Below are positions 38,701-51,925 of a DNA stretch of 64,000 nt, in pieces. Where the stretch lies: assembly GCF_902652985.1 (NCBI RefSeq), contig NC_047021.1, positions 35,154,001 through 35,218,000 on the forward strand, given 5' to 3'. The notes beneath the pieces are model-generated. The model ran no database searches and had not been told where the DNA came from. It was given only the letters and a program-made list of their open reading frames with translations. The stretch is from Pecten maximus (Eukaryota). How positions within the stretch are numbered: position 1 is the stretch's first letter; each line of letters begins with the position of its first letter. A program made the translations under genes and the position numbers.

Positions 38701-39405
38701 AAGGTGTGGGGGTAGTGGGCATAGACTGTGTGACAGTAAGGTGTGGGGTAGTGTGAATGGACTGTGTGACAGTAAGGTGTGGGGTAGTGGGAATGGACTG
38801 TGTAACAGTAAGGTGTGGGGGTAGTGGGAATGGACTGTGTGACAGTAAGGTGTGGGGGTAGTGGGAATGGACTGTGTGACAGTAAGGTGTAGGGGGTAGT
38901 GGGAATGGACTGTGTGACAGTAAGGTGTGGGGGTAGTGGGAATGAACTGTGTTACAGTAAGGTGTGGGGGTAGTGGGAATGGACTGTGTGACAGTAAGGT
39001 GTGGGGGTAGTGGGAATGGACTGTGTGACAGTAAGGTGTGGGGGTAGTGGGAATGGACTATGTGACAGTAAGGTGTGGGGGTAGTGGGAATGGACTGTGT
39101 GACAGTAAGGTGTGGGGGTAGTGGGAATGGACTGTGTGACAGTAAGGTGTGGGGTAGTGGGAATGGACTGTGTGACAGTAAGGTGTGGGGGTAGTGGGAA
39201 TGGACTATGTGACAGTAAGGTGTGGGGGTAGTGGGAATGGACTGTGTGACAGTAAGGTGTGGGGGTAGTGGGAATGGACTGTGTGACAGTAAGGTGTGGG
39301 GGTAGTGGGAATGAACTGTGTAACAGTAAGGTACGGGGGTAGTGGGAATGGACAGTGTGACATTAAGGTATCGGGGTAGTGGGAATGATTTGTGTGACAG
39401 TAAGA
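35746..39405. repeat. 35/37-bp G-rich minisatellite, ~3.7 kb (~100 units)
   Basis: gtagtgggaatggactgtgtgacagtaaggtgtgggg. A 35-bp variant dominates the left ~500 bp. Confidence 0.98.
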
Positions 39406-41085
39406 TATGAGAGTAATGGAAATGAACCATTTTTTTTTCGATGTCAAACATTCATTATAAAGAAATACATTCAGCCATTGAGATGCCATAGTGATTCTAC
39501 AAACGAATTATATTATGACTCATGCACGGTATTTTTTATGCAACACTAGGCCAGTATCAATAGAATTATATTAAAAGAGATACGACATGATGTATCTAGT
39601 GTGTTATTATACCAGTAGGAATTAACACTAATTATACCGATTTGATAAACCGTGAAATAAGTCCGATGAAGTCGTTATAGGAAATATTGGTAGACGAAAA
39701 ATATCTCATCATCTGATGATCTGACCATTTAAGACAGCGGAAGGAGCCAAAACCCATTTCGATACTTTTAATAAAAAGAATGGCTTTCTTCTCTTTATTT
39801 GTGGTTGGTATTCTACTTATTTTAACCTCGAAGATGGGATATCACTAACAAAGAGAGGACAATCATTATATATGTCACTTACTTCAACCTCGGAGATGAA
39901 ATACAATGTATTACAAAAACGAAAGGACATTAATTTTATATGTATATGTTACTTACTCCAAATTCGCAGATTAGAGATCACAAATTCAACATAAGTTACT
40001 GAAAAGTGAATCAGAGTGTCAAGGATACAAAAGTTATCTCCCCTTATAATATACATATGCTAGATATAAAGAGCATGGTCATTGGTATTAGATTCAATTG
40101 ATACTCCCTGTTGGAATTGTAAACAGCATTGTGCCAAATTAACTTTAATTAACAGGACAGACGAATCGACGTATTAATTTCGGTGTACCACTTACCGTGT
40201 TTTTCTGCCTTTTTCTTATGGCAAAAAATGAACAAAAATAATAACTAGCTTTTAAAATATAAGATACAACAAAATGTCTTGAAATATATCGACCTGGTTT
40301 ATAGTTTTTAAGTTTAAATTTTTATTATACGCTTCCATCAAATGCCATATGTCATTCATAGGAGAATCGGAGATCGATACCGAACACCTTTCCCTGTTTT
40401 TCATACATAGTATCACTATATTAGGTCACCTGAGATGTTGGTGACAATTTGTTCAATGACTGATCGGTCAGATCATCCTCGCTAGAATACGACGTTTGAC
40501 GAACTTGATAATTTATATTTGGAATGATGCTATTGACAATTTTGTAGCAAGTTTTTGTCATGGTTTTATATTCATAAAATTGCTTCATACATTTTCTTGG
40601 AGGCCATTATGCATTAAGTCAGAAAAATTATAAAGTTCATTATATTGAAACCGAAAGTGCCCGGTGGCCATGTTTATTAACCCAGACACCTTTAGTTTAT
40701 CTCTACACTGACCGAGTTACTGTAACGTGTACTACTCAATTTCGTATACCACAATATGGTTTAATAACAAAATATACACTGCTATATTCAGATGCTTCAC
40801 AGAACGCAAATATGCTACTAGTGATATGTTTAAATAAGGATTTATCAACAGATAGGGTTATACGATAAACTGTAAACATACAACTACAGGATATAAAACG
40901 ACAAATATTATAGACGTTTAGTGTTTTTCAAACATAATTTTTGACCACGCGATTATCTCTTGAAAAACATATCGCATACGCGTAACGAAGAAGGTTCCGG
41001 ACCGGATATATTTCTGGCCTAGTTTGTATATTAGGATCGTATTTCTCATGACGAGGAGTGATAAGGGGTACAGGAGGTTTCTGTG

Positions 41086-41289
41086 AAACCCGTGGCTGAA
41101 CGATTACAGACCTGTGAGTAAACCCGTGGCTGAACGATTACAGACCTGTGAGTAAACCCGTGGCTGAACGATTTCAGACCTGTGAGTAAACCCGTTTCTG
41201 AACGATTTCAGACCTGTGAGTAAACCCGTTTCTGAACGATTACAGACCTGTGAGTAAACCCGTGGCTGAACGAGTATAGAACTGTTAGT
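41086..41289 (+). repeat. 34-bp VNTR x6 upstream of TRIM-a2
   Basis: Six units. Five end in GTGAGT and the last in GTTAGT. Confidence 0.9.
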
Positions 41290-42767
41290 AAACACGTGTA
41301 TATTGACGTTTAACTATTATTATCGGTATCATAACAAATAACAGGCTTTCAATACAATTTACAAAGCGATACACTCGAAGATATTATCTTTATAACAACA
41401 CACTATTATCAACCGTGGGCATATATCAGCTGATATACATGTATGTGAAATGAAAATTGACCTATGTAGATTCCAAGAAATCATAATATAATGATGTAAA
41501 TACATGAACAATGACATTTTGCTTGATAGACAAATGTTCCTATATACAATATCAACACAGATAAATTGATTTATTTAAAGTTTATTCGTGTCTACTTTCG
41601 TTTTATATTTGTCTAACATTGGTATACACTTTTAATACATACTCCTGTATAATCCTATGGACTGTCCAAGTGTCCAAATGGTGGAGTGTGGACATTTAAA
41701 ATTCAGGAAAAGGATTGAAAACGTTTCTTTTTGAGAAATATTTTAGTCACACATATATTGTGATTGGTTTTTTAAAACCTTTCATGGTGATCAAATCGTT
41801 GCCATGAGATCTCAAAAGTCTTTCAAATTCGAGAATACATTTATGTACTTCCGTTTTCAATATTATCAATCGAAACAGAAAGATCCTAAATATATTTTAT
41901 GAAATTGGGAAAGTACACTAAATATTTTAAAAATTCCGGGGCTAGAAGAACTTATATTACACACTTTATCAACAGATTTGCATGAGAAACGGTCTTAAGG
42001 AAGTATGTATAACTCAAATATACAGAGGATGTGATTTAAAGCCACTATTGCGTTATGTTTCAACCACGGGAAAGAATTTGGCCTATGAATAATAAAACAT
42101 CTCCAAAATTAAGCGATGCACGAGCCCAAACCGTAAGAAAGAATGGAAAATATAAAATGGCTGCAGTGACTTTTAATTTAAGTAATGAACAGAAAGTGCT
42201 AGTTTTGTAACATACTCTCTGTACTCGTGTTAGATTAGTGCCATAACAGTTCCTTCTGTTATTGGGAGAATTTTTTTTTCTTATTTTCGGTTACCGTGGA
42301 AACAAAAGTATGATATACATAATTTGTAAGTTATCTCAGGCTTTTAGTTAAAACACATTCAACTGATCTTGGTGTTCTCATTGGACATTTTTGATGAAAA
42401 TTTATGTTTGATATTTCGGTTACCTTGGAGGGGGTCATGCTTTTCAGCTCTTATTTTTTTCTATTAATGCATTCCTCGTGGTTAAATCATCACGTTGGTC
42501 AACTTAATCACCTGTCCTTATCATGGAATTAAAATGCTTTTGCTTAAAACACGACCACGATGACCACTGTATTCTCAAATTGATTTTCCGACTTCTCAAT
42601 AAAGATAGCAATGTGAACTGCTAAGCATTATGGGCCTTTTGTTTACACAATGCCATACTTCAGATACTTTCACTTAAAGAGGACGTACCATTTGATTTGG
42701 TTTACACGTATTTGTAGGGTTTTCATTTAGACGATTTGATTCCAGGTAACACGGATACCTTCTTAAC

Positions 42768-44732
42768 ATGGCGGAAGGATTTGTCTGGGAACAGGCGTCG
42801 GTAGATGGCTCCAGGAGTCAATCTCTGGACACTTCAGTACTGGAATGTCCTATCTGTCTGGAACAGCTGCGATACCCCAAGTTCCTCCCTTGTCTACATT
42901 CATTTTGTGAGGAATGCCTTGGTAGCTTCATCACCAAGGAGTCGTCAGGTAAGATGGCGTCGGCGTCTTCTTTCTCCTGTCCTGTATGCCGTAAGGTCAC
43001 CGAGCCGATGAAACCGTCAGAAGACAAGAAAGGCTGGGCCGGACAGTTTCCTACCAACAATCTGGCAGTCGAAATGATCCGACATTTACAAAATACGAAT
43101 ACGTTGATAACATGCAAGCCCTGTGAGAAGAAAGGGAACACGAATGTACCAGCAAAGTTTTGGTGCCATCAAACCAAATCTTACTTCTGTGCAACCTGTA
43201 AAATCGACCATCATGACCTGTTTCATGAAGAATGCGAACCCGAGAATATCACGGAAGGGAACAAATAAGATACGATCCGAAGGCAGACGTCGGCTGCTGG
43301 ATGTGGAAAGCACAAAGAGAAATTAGAGTATTATTGTGAAGATCATCAGATTCTTGGATGTAGCAAATGTATCATTGTCGATCACCGGAAGTGTGAAGTG
43401 GTGACATCAGCAGACGATTTCCGGGACAAGCTGACAACCACGAAGATCGACGGTCTTCTTGAAGCACTTCGGAGATGCGTAGACGCCATGGAGACATTGA
43501 TAAAAGATGTTGATGGACAACTTCAGTACATGACGCAACATCAAGACATCGCGCTAAAAAGTTTAGCATACCTACGTAGAAAAATTAACGAGAGGTTCGA
43601 TCAACTTCAGAAAGAGCTTACGGACAAATTAACAAAACCATTCAAAAAGGAGAATTCAAACTTGGATATATCAAAACTGAAATGTGAACGATTGATGTTC
43701 GCTATGCAGAATACACTAACGTCATCCACGGATACGGCCTTGAAGGACGATACCGTGGGCACGATCTGTCTGTTCCAGAGAGGACAGGCAGAGCTCGAGT
43801 CCTGTAAAGAACTCATAAAAGAATTGGAAGGGTCGTCTCAATCTACCCGTCTGAGTCATGAATATGACTCCAAGATACTCGCATTGGGGACCAAGAAAGG
43901 TATTAACATGGGAATGATAGCCATTCATCAACTACAGAGGAAACTTCCATCTACTTTAAATTGTACACCGTTCTACGAACGTCAATTGAAGAAGACAAAA
44001 AGGTTGAATATCAAAGTTGCCTCTGACGAGAACAACTGTTGTGCGTTAGGTGTATTGCTCATGTCCGGTGGCCGGATCGTTGTCGGAGATTATGCAAACA
44101 AAAAAGTGAAACTGTTCACAGAAAACGGGAAATTCCAATGTGAGGTGGGATTGGCTGATGAACCTTGTGATATGTGTCGTATCGATGAGAACACTGTGGC
44201 AGTGACACTGATAAACAGTCAAACAATATGTATTGTCAATGTCGTGGATTCAACTTTGACACTCGCATCTGAAATAGAAATTCCAGACATTACTGGAAAA
44301 TGCCTTATTGTAGGCACAAAAACCGCACTTTACGGTGTGTCGCAAAACGGAGGTGAAGCTACAAAGCTCCGGGAAATTGGATCAAGATGTTTGCATCTCG
44401 CCAGTAATCAGAAGAATGGACACGTCTTTGCTAGCATCGCTTCCTCTGTATTTGACCAAATTGCCGTAACACGGCTGTCTGACGGGACTCACACAGACGT
44501 GCTGAAGGTCGGGGTAGTGGATGGTACAACGGGAATAGATGTAGACAGGGAGGGTAACGTGTACATTTGTGGAGGAAATTCTGGCAACGTCATACAGATG
44601 TCAGGAGACGGAACTAATGTCAGAGAACTACTGACGTCATCGGATGGAATAAAAGACCCGAGGGCAATGTCCGTGTTGGGTGATACATTAGTGGTCACAA
44701 GTGAGTCAGCAGAGGTGTTAAAGCTTGTTTGA
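42768..44732 (+). pseudogene. TRIM-a2, probable pseudogene
   Basis: TCA>TAA at 43266-43268 (frame continues to 44732). 27-nt in-frame deletion in the propeller (GKCL|IVGT), C-terminal deletion, and ~380-bp 3' deletion removing the AATAAA seen in a1. Confidence 0.88.
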
Positions 44733-45312
44733 ATGAAAAAGTATCGACTTGCATCCATAAAACTCTGCTCACGAAAATTTTCAAAAGGCATGTACCATGC
44801 TGGAATTAATGTCTAACAAGAACGAGGTGTACAATGCAGACCCAGTGAGCCTATTGTGTAGGAATATTACATATTTTGTTATATTTTGTTAATGTTCAGT
44901 TGGAAATAAATCAATTTTTGATGAAGGTTTAATGATAGGCGGATCAAATTGGTTGAAACTTCAACAGTCTTCTTCTTCAGATCAAGATATGTCAGAATCT
45001 AGTATACCTCAGAAGTAGAAAGGCATTCAGGTCCGCTATCATGATGGTGAAATTCATTACAGTGGGACATCACATCAACCCCTAGACAGTGGGTAAAGTT
45101 TACTATGGTCTACATAGATGATAGGCGGTATTGTGTTTGTCTACAAGTTTAGGGTTAACAATTCGTAGAGCTTGCATAATCTTTTTAATACAGAAACTTG
45201 CCCTATGGGCTTAGGGCGTGACCAAAGGAAGAACATTGACTGAAGTTCAATAATTTTCTTAAAATCATACCCAGATATATCGTATCAATTGGAGGTAAAA
45301 ACTACGAAATTA

Positions 45313-46590
45313 GTCTCTTCCAACTGACAAGTTACCTTTACCTACTGACAAGTTACCTCTCCCTACTGACAAGTCACATCTCCCTACTGACAAGTTACCT
45401 CTCCCTACTGACAAGTAACATCTCCCTACTGACAAGTTACCTCTACCTACTGACAATTAACATCTCCCTACTGACAAGTTACCTGTCCCTACTGACAGGT
45501 TACTTCTACCTACTGACAAGTTACCTCTCCCTACTGACAAGTCACCTTTACCTTCAGACAAGTTACCTCTCCTTACCGACAAGTCACCTCTACCTACTGA
45601 CAAGTTACCTCTCCCTACTGACAAGTCACCTTTACCTACTGACAAGTTACCTCTACCTACTGACAAGTTACCTCTCCCTACTGACAAGTTACCTCTCCCT
45701 ACTGACAAGTAACATCTCCCTACTGACAAGTTTCCTCAACCTACTGACAATTAACATCTCCCTACTGACAAGTTACCTCTACCTACTGACAAGTTACCTC
45801 TCCCTACTGACAAGTCACCTCTACCTACTGACAAGTTACCTCTCCCTACTGACAAGTTACCTCTCCCTACTGACAAGTTACCTCTCCCTACTGACAATTA
45901 ACATCTCCCTACTGACAAGTTACCTGTCCCTACTGACAGGTTACTTCTACCTACTGACAAGTTACCTTTCCCTACTGACAAGTCACCTCTACCTACTGAC
46001 AAGTTACCCCTCTACCTACTGACAAGTTACCTGTCCCTACTGACAAGTTACCTCTACCTACTGACAAGTTACCTCTACCTACTGACAAGTTACCTCTACC
46101 TACTGACAAGTAACATCTCCCTACTGACAAGTTACCTTTACCTACTGACAATTAACATCTCCCTACTGACAAGTTACCTCTACCTACTGACAAGTCACCT
46201 TTACCTACTGACAAGTTACCTCTCCCTACTGACAAGTCACCTTTACCTTCAGACAAGTTACCTCTCCTTACCGACAAGTCACCTCTACCTACTGACAAGT
46301 TACCTCTCTCTACTGACAATTAACATCTCCCTACTGACAAGTTACCTGTCCCTACTGACAGGTTACTTCTACCTACTGACACGTTACCTCTCCCTACTGA
46401 CAAGTCACCTCTACCTGCTGACAAGTTACCCCTCTACCTACTGACAAGTTACCTGTCCCTACTGACAAGTTACCTCTACCTACTGACAAGTTACCTCTAC
46501 CTACTGACACGTTACCTCTACCTACTGACAAGTTACCTCTACCTACTGACAAGTAACATCTCCCTACTGACAAGTTACCTCTACCTACTG
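45313..46590. repeat. 21-bp minisatellite
   Basis: Same unit as the arrays at 12909 and 23300. Confidence 0.97.
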
Positions 46591-46699
46591 CCCACCCCCC
46601 CACTGACCCCCCCCCCCCCCCCCCCCTTCCCCATGAAGCAGTTCACTTTTTTTCTGAATAATTTACTTTTTTCGCCAAATTCTTTTTACACATAAACAC

Positions 46700-47285
46700 A
46701 CAAAAAGTGTTTGGGGTCAAGAAATTTAGGGTGGGGCGGGGCGCTTCACTTTACCATGGCTATGGTAAAGTGAAGCATTTCACTATTTTCTTACTAATTC
46801 ACTTTTTTTCATCAAATCTTTTTCAAATTACATCATATAATTCCTCTAAACATATTAGCACACAAAAATGCCTTTGGGTCAGGAAATTTAGGGTGGGGCG
46901 GGGCGCTTCACTTTACCATGGCTATGGTAAAGTGAAGCATTTCACTATTTTCTTACTAATTCACTTTTTTTCAACAAATCTTTTTCAAATTACATCATAT
47001 AATTCCTCTAAACATATTAGCACACAAAAATGCCTTGGGGTCAGGAAATTTAGGGTGGGGCGGGGCGCTTCACTTTACCATGGCTATGGTAAAGTGAAGC
47101 ATTTCACTATTTTCTTACTAATTCACTTTTTTTCAACAAATCTTTTTCAAATTACATCATATAATTCCTCTAAACATATTAGCACACAAAAAATGCCTTG
47201 GGGTCAGAAAATTTAGGGTGGGGCGGGGCGCTTAACTTTACCATGGTCATGGTAAAGTGAAGCTTTTCACTTATTTCTTACTAAA
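46700..47285. repeat. 162-bp tandem repeat x~3.5, each with a 34-bp palindrome, inside the element arm ending acaccgg at 47520
   Basis: gcttcactttaccatggctatggtaaagtgaagc at 46743, 46905, 47067 and a variant at 47230. Confidence 0.92.
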
Positions 47286-50200
47286 GCCCCCTGCCCAACC
47301 CTAATTTTTTGTGTTATCAGATGTAGAGAAATAACTAAACTAATTGATAAAATAATTGTATAAAGAAAAGTCAATTAAAAACAAAATAAAAGGTGGCTTC
47401 ACTTTACCATGGGAGGATTCATTTCGGCATAATGGTGAAATGAACTGCGGTTCACTTAACCATTATTGTATTTTGACCCCGGTTCATTTCACCATGCTTC
47501 AAAATACCATGCCACACCGGTACATTTCATCCCTTACCTCCTCATAGCTGCTCGCCCTTCTGTTGTAATGTACTTGAGGTTTATTAGCTAGTTGGTCGTA
47601 TTTGCCTGCATCCATGATGTCCAAATAATTCACTTGTATTCCAGGTGTAAACCTTGTCTTGATATGCGAGTTATATCAAAGCTGATGGACTATGGTCCCC
47701 TTTACATATTCACTAATTGTCAAAAAAAACTGTCGACAAAAAATCATCCACGAATACGGGTGTACCTGCTACGCATGGATAATTCTTTTTTTATATCTAC
47801 AGTAACCAGCGCGCATCACAATGGGAGAGTAAGGTCATTGAGATCGTTATGTACCGTGATATACTATATGAGTTATCAGGAAAAAGTATATCTACAGTCG
47901 AATCTGTTTTAAGTGACCACTCAAGGGAAGTTGAAAAACGGTTTCTAAATGGCTAGTGGTCTCTTAATAGAGATTGTATCATAAATTTAATAAATATTCA
48001 TAAGCTTTTCATTCACTTTAGAATTTGGCAATAATGATTTATAATATATATAAAAAATAAATCATTCGTTTGAACATAACAATATTTTTTTTGTATTCAT
48101 TTCAAATATAGAATATATATACTAGTAATCTATCTAATTCAAATAAAACTGTCTTAGTGATAATAATTGTTTCTGTATGTTTCAACGTCCTGTCAACACA
48201 ATTAATAATTCAAGGACGGCATCAAATATGTATGAAATACTTGTGTGTTGTGAGAGAGAGTCTGGTTAGGGAGGTTGATAATAACAAACGAACTGATAGA
48301 TATACGGCGTAGACGCCACGTTACTTACAGCTGGGCGATTTGCAGGATTTCTCACCTACGTTTGCAGTATCAAAGGAACTCATGAACTTGTCAGTCGATG
48401 CGGACAAAAAACAAACTATGAAAGAGAGAACTAACATGGGTATTTGTCATAAACGTATCCAGAGGCTGTAATACAACTCAACGTGAGCGGTAGGAGTATA
48501 AGTGTATAGTATACTTTCTATTTTAAATGTGTAATTAATGAAGTGAAAGTGTTAAAGACGATTTCTTTATCTTTGGTTAGGCAACTCACATTTTTTAAAT
48601 CGCAACCCGCATTTGTAGACACACAACTGGCATTTTGCAACTGGCATCTCGTCTTTTGTAACTCACTACTCGCATTTTAACTCGTATTTTCAATTTGCAA
48701 CACGCGCTTTCTTAGTAAATCGTAACTAGCATTTTTTTTATCTCGCAAGTTACGAGCATATCACATTTGCAATGTTTTAATATGATAAAGGTTTTATCGA
48801 CGGAGTGGAATGTTATACATCACAAGGCAATAACTGAAGACAATAACCACCAGTTAGACGAGTCTTGTTATTATACAAGTGTTAAACATCGGATTGCATC
48901 AAACTAAAAGAAAAACATAGTATATAAAATCAAACCATTCAGTTTTGAATAAGTTTAAGATATATTATAATTATATCAAATATAGAAGTATTTCCCGTCA
49001 TTATAGTATTTTAATATAAATTTTCAGCTAATTCTATGTTGGTGACATAGTAACAAAGTATATAATATAACATATATATTAGCATTTGCACAAGTATTTT
49101 TATCATAGTATACAACCAGGCATAGAAAGAATAGAGCGAAATATCTTACAAGACATTTCAATAAACTTGTAAAGTATATACATCAAACTTAGTTGGGATG
49201 CAATATAAGAACTATATATATATAGTAACAGTATACAATAAAGAAGCTAACACGTAGGCCTGTTATTAATTTGCTCCCATATTATCTATCAGAATTGATT
49301 GCTGTTAAATGCATTAATATGTTGATGTAGGCGATACCAAAGTTAATAGTATGGTATAAGACCGTTTTGCCACATTATACTAGGATAAGTATTTCCTGGC
49401 ACTATTTCAAAATACAAGGAATTGCTACATTAGAGTGCATGGGAACGACCTCGCAGTAACGATAAAGTATGTTAATTCGGGTACTTAAACGAACGTCATT
49501 AAGTGTTTGTTAGATTGCATAGGTAAACACAAATGTGGATATAATACGCGCAAATCAAATTAACATCATCTTATTTTTCAAGAATTCGCAAAGAGAAAAG
49601 TAACGTATATAACAATGCGTTTGATATAGAAAAAAATATATAATTAATTATAATTGAAATTTATATTACATATTTAGCTGATTGATGATTAAGGTATTTT
49701 AAACACATTGAAGTTTCTATCTTTATAAAAATCATAATTGAAGCACACTTTGAATCAATCTTAGAATAGGATTCCGACTGATGACATAACAAACCATAGC
49801 ATAGTAGGTGAAGACATTCTACTCCTCGAAAACTACACTACATCTTTGAAATTATTTTTTACTGGTTGCACGAACATTCCAATGAAATGTCGAATAGCGC
49901 CAAATGTTTTCATAAAACTAGCGCCAAATTCTAACCAGGCACTTTCAATGGACACCACAGCTAGTAATAAAACATGGACATATACTAAAGAGTTTTCAGA
50001 GAGGGTAGAAGTAAGATGACACCAAAAGTGAAGGGGAATATATATTTGTAATCGTCTTTATTCAGGATAGTTTTTGTGTAAATATAGGGGATTAGGAACT
50101 TCATACCGGTATAGTATCAGTAGAGATGTGTAATTTCGTTAATCCATTTTTATTAACGCAAATATTCATTAATTGTTCAAGCCTCATAAGACGTTACACG

Positions 50201-50518
50201 ACTTGGAATATTCTTAATTATCTATTATGCGAATTCATTTTTTGCAATATCAACCTGCTACATCATTTACAAATATTTTCATATCAACACATGTTAACCG
50301 TCGTATATGTGTATACTATATCATTTCAAATACCGCTAAGATCATTTTATATGAAATGATTTTATTATGTACAAACATGATAAAAGACGATATATAATAC
50401 AAGGGAAATAACTCATATTGTATTAGAACAAGCATGTATTTCTATTCCATACCTAAGATGTGTGTTGAAGAACCTTTATTTGAAATAAAGGTTTCTTAAA
50501 TCCGACGCCGATGTATAT

Positions 50519-50764
50519 CTATCGAATCATCAATTTGGATTTTTTCAAAAGTGTAGTTATCGACCTCCGATCAGGAAAGTTCCGCCAGATTATTGCCATA
50601 GTATTCAATTCTCCATTGTCTGTAACGTCCGTTCAGATTAGAAGTAAAGCAGTCGTAGTACCACCAACTACCACGACATGACAGAGCACAATTGTCACCT
50701 TGGATATCATTGTCTCTGTCAAATGTGGTGAAAGCATAACCATCATGGATGGACAAGGCATCAT
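50519..50764 (-). pseudogene. Orphan FReD terminal exon, copy 2
   Basis: HDGYAFTTFDRDNDIQGDNCALSCRGSWWYYDCFTSNLNG, then a 5-nt deletion frameshift relative to copy 1. Confidence 0.85.
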
Positions 50765-51638
50765 CTAAAATAACGAAAAAATAAAATAAATGTCATAAAC
50801 AATCCCCCCTACACATATATTTACATTGGATTGGCAACACAATGGCTATAACTTTATCTACCCAGTCAGTAGGTTGCAAATGATGTATTTAAGTCATTTA
50901 TAACAATTAAAATTGTTCTGCGTCGGTGTGACTAGGTTATGACTTTTTTTCATTTAATATGTTTTCTGGTAAATAATGGAATGAAACAATATAGATCGAA
51001 AAGTGGCTAAGATCAGAAAGCAGACAAGTGACAGTCACCAACGATAAGTTTACGTGTATCACTTATTTACGGAAGCTGTAACAGTACGCATGCGCAATTC
51101 GGCAAGGATAACATTAACATGGCAGTCAATGACCAACTGGCCGTATACATTACCACATGACTGTGAAAACCACTCTGATTCATCGTCGGCAATTTAAATA
51201 TATCGTATCGACATGTTTATTGTATCTATATAAAAGTTGTGACCAGCACACCGACAGCAGAGTTGAGCTATCGCGGCCCGATGATATCGTCATATAAAAA
51301 CAGGCTTTGGCGAAACAATCATCCTGACTTCAATATGCAGAGGGCGTAGTTATGTTGCTGCTGATGAAAAGAAATTAATTCTTAAAAGTGGGGTAAAGGC
51401 TGCAATAGAATAAACTACAAACATTTAAGTTAAAGAGAACAATTATGCTTCATACTAGTTTGTAATGATCTGAAAATATACATTTCGTGTAATTACGACA
51501 TTGATTTTACTAATTTGAAACTTCTTTATATTTCACTTTAAATTAAAAAGCTAACAGTGTAAAAAACTATTTGCATTTTTTATTTTCGGTTTGTAAATTT
51601 CACTGTTATTAGCAGTATGGAGAACTTTCATGAAAATG

Positions 51639-51925
51639 AGGGGATGCCCGCGGTGGCTGAGTGGTTAAGGTGTCCCAACACTTTATCACTAGCCCTCCAC
51701 CTCTGGGTTGCCGGTTCGAAACCTACGTGGGGCAGTTGCCAGGTACTGACCGTAGGACGATGATTTTTCTCCGGGTACTCCGGCTTTCCTCCACCTCCAA
51801 AACCTGGCACTTCCTTAAATTACCCTGGCTGTTAATAGGACGTTAAACACAAACAAATAAACCCGGGTTCGAACCAGGGACCTCTCGATCTGCAGTCGAA
51901 TGATCTACCACCGAGCTATATCCCC
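51639..51925 (-). pseudogene. tRNA-Cys pseudogene interrupted by a SINE (copy 2)
   Basis: Same junctions and D-arm substitutions as 28310-28597. Confidence 0.92.
51650..51860 (+). mobile_element. tRNA-derived SINE inside tRNA-Cys (copy 2)
   Basis: Near-identical to 28321-28532. Confidence 0.88.

Noticed and set aside
35695-39489. 409-aa and 264-aa His/Pro/Thr-rich ORFs
   Set aside because: Artefacts of the 35/37-bp satellite, whose C-rich strand lacks stops.
46700-47285. Regularly spaced 34-bp palindromes resembling a CRISPR array, and the 169-aa ORF over them
   Set aside because: The intervening sequences are identical rather than unique spacers, there are no cas genes, and the context is eukaryotic. 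It is a simple 162-bp tandem repeat.
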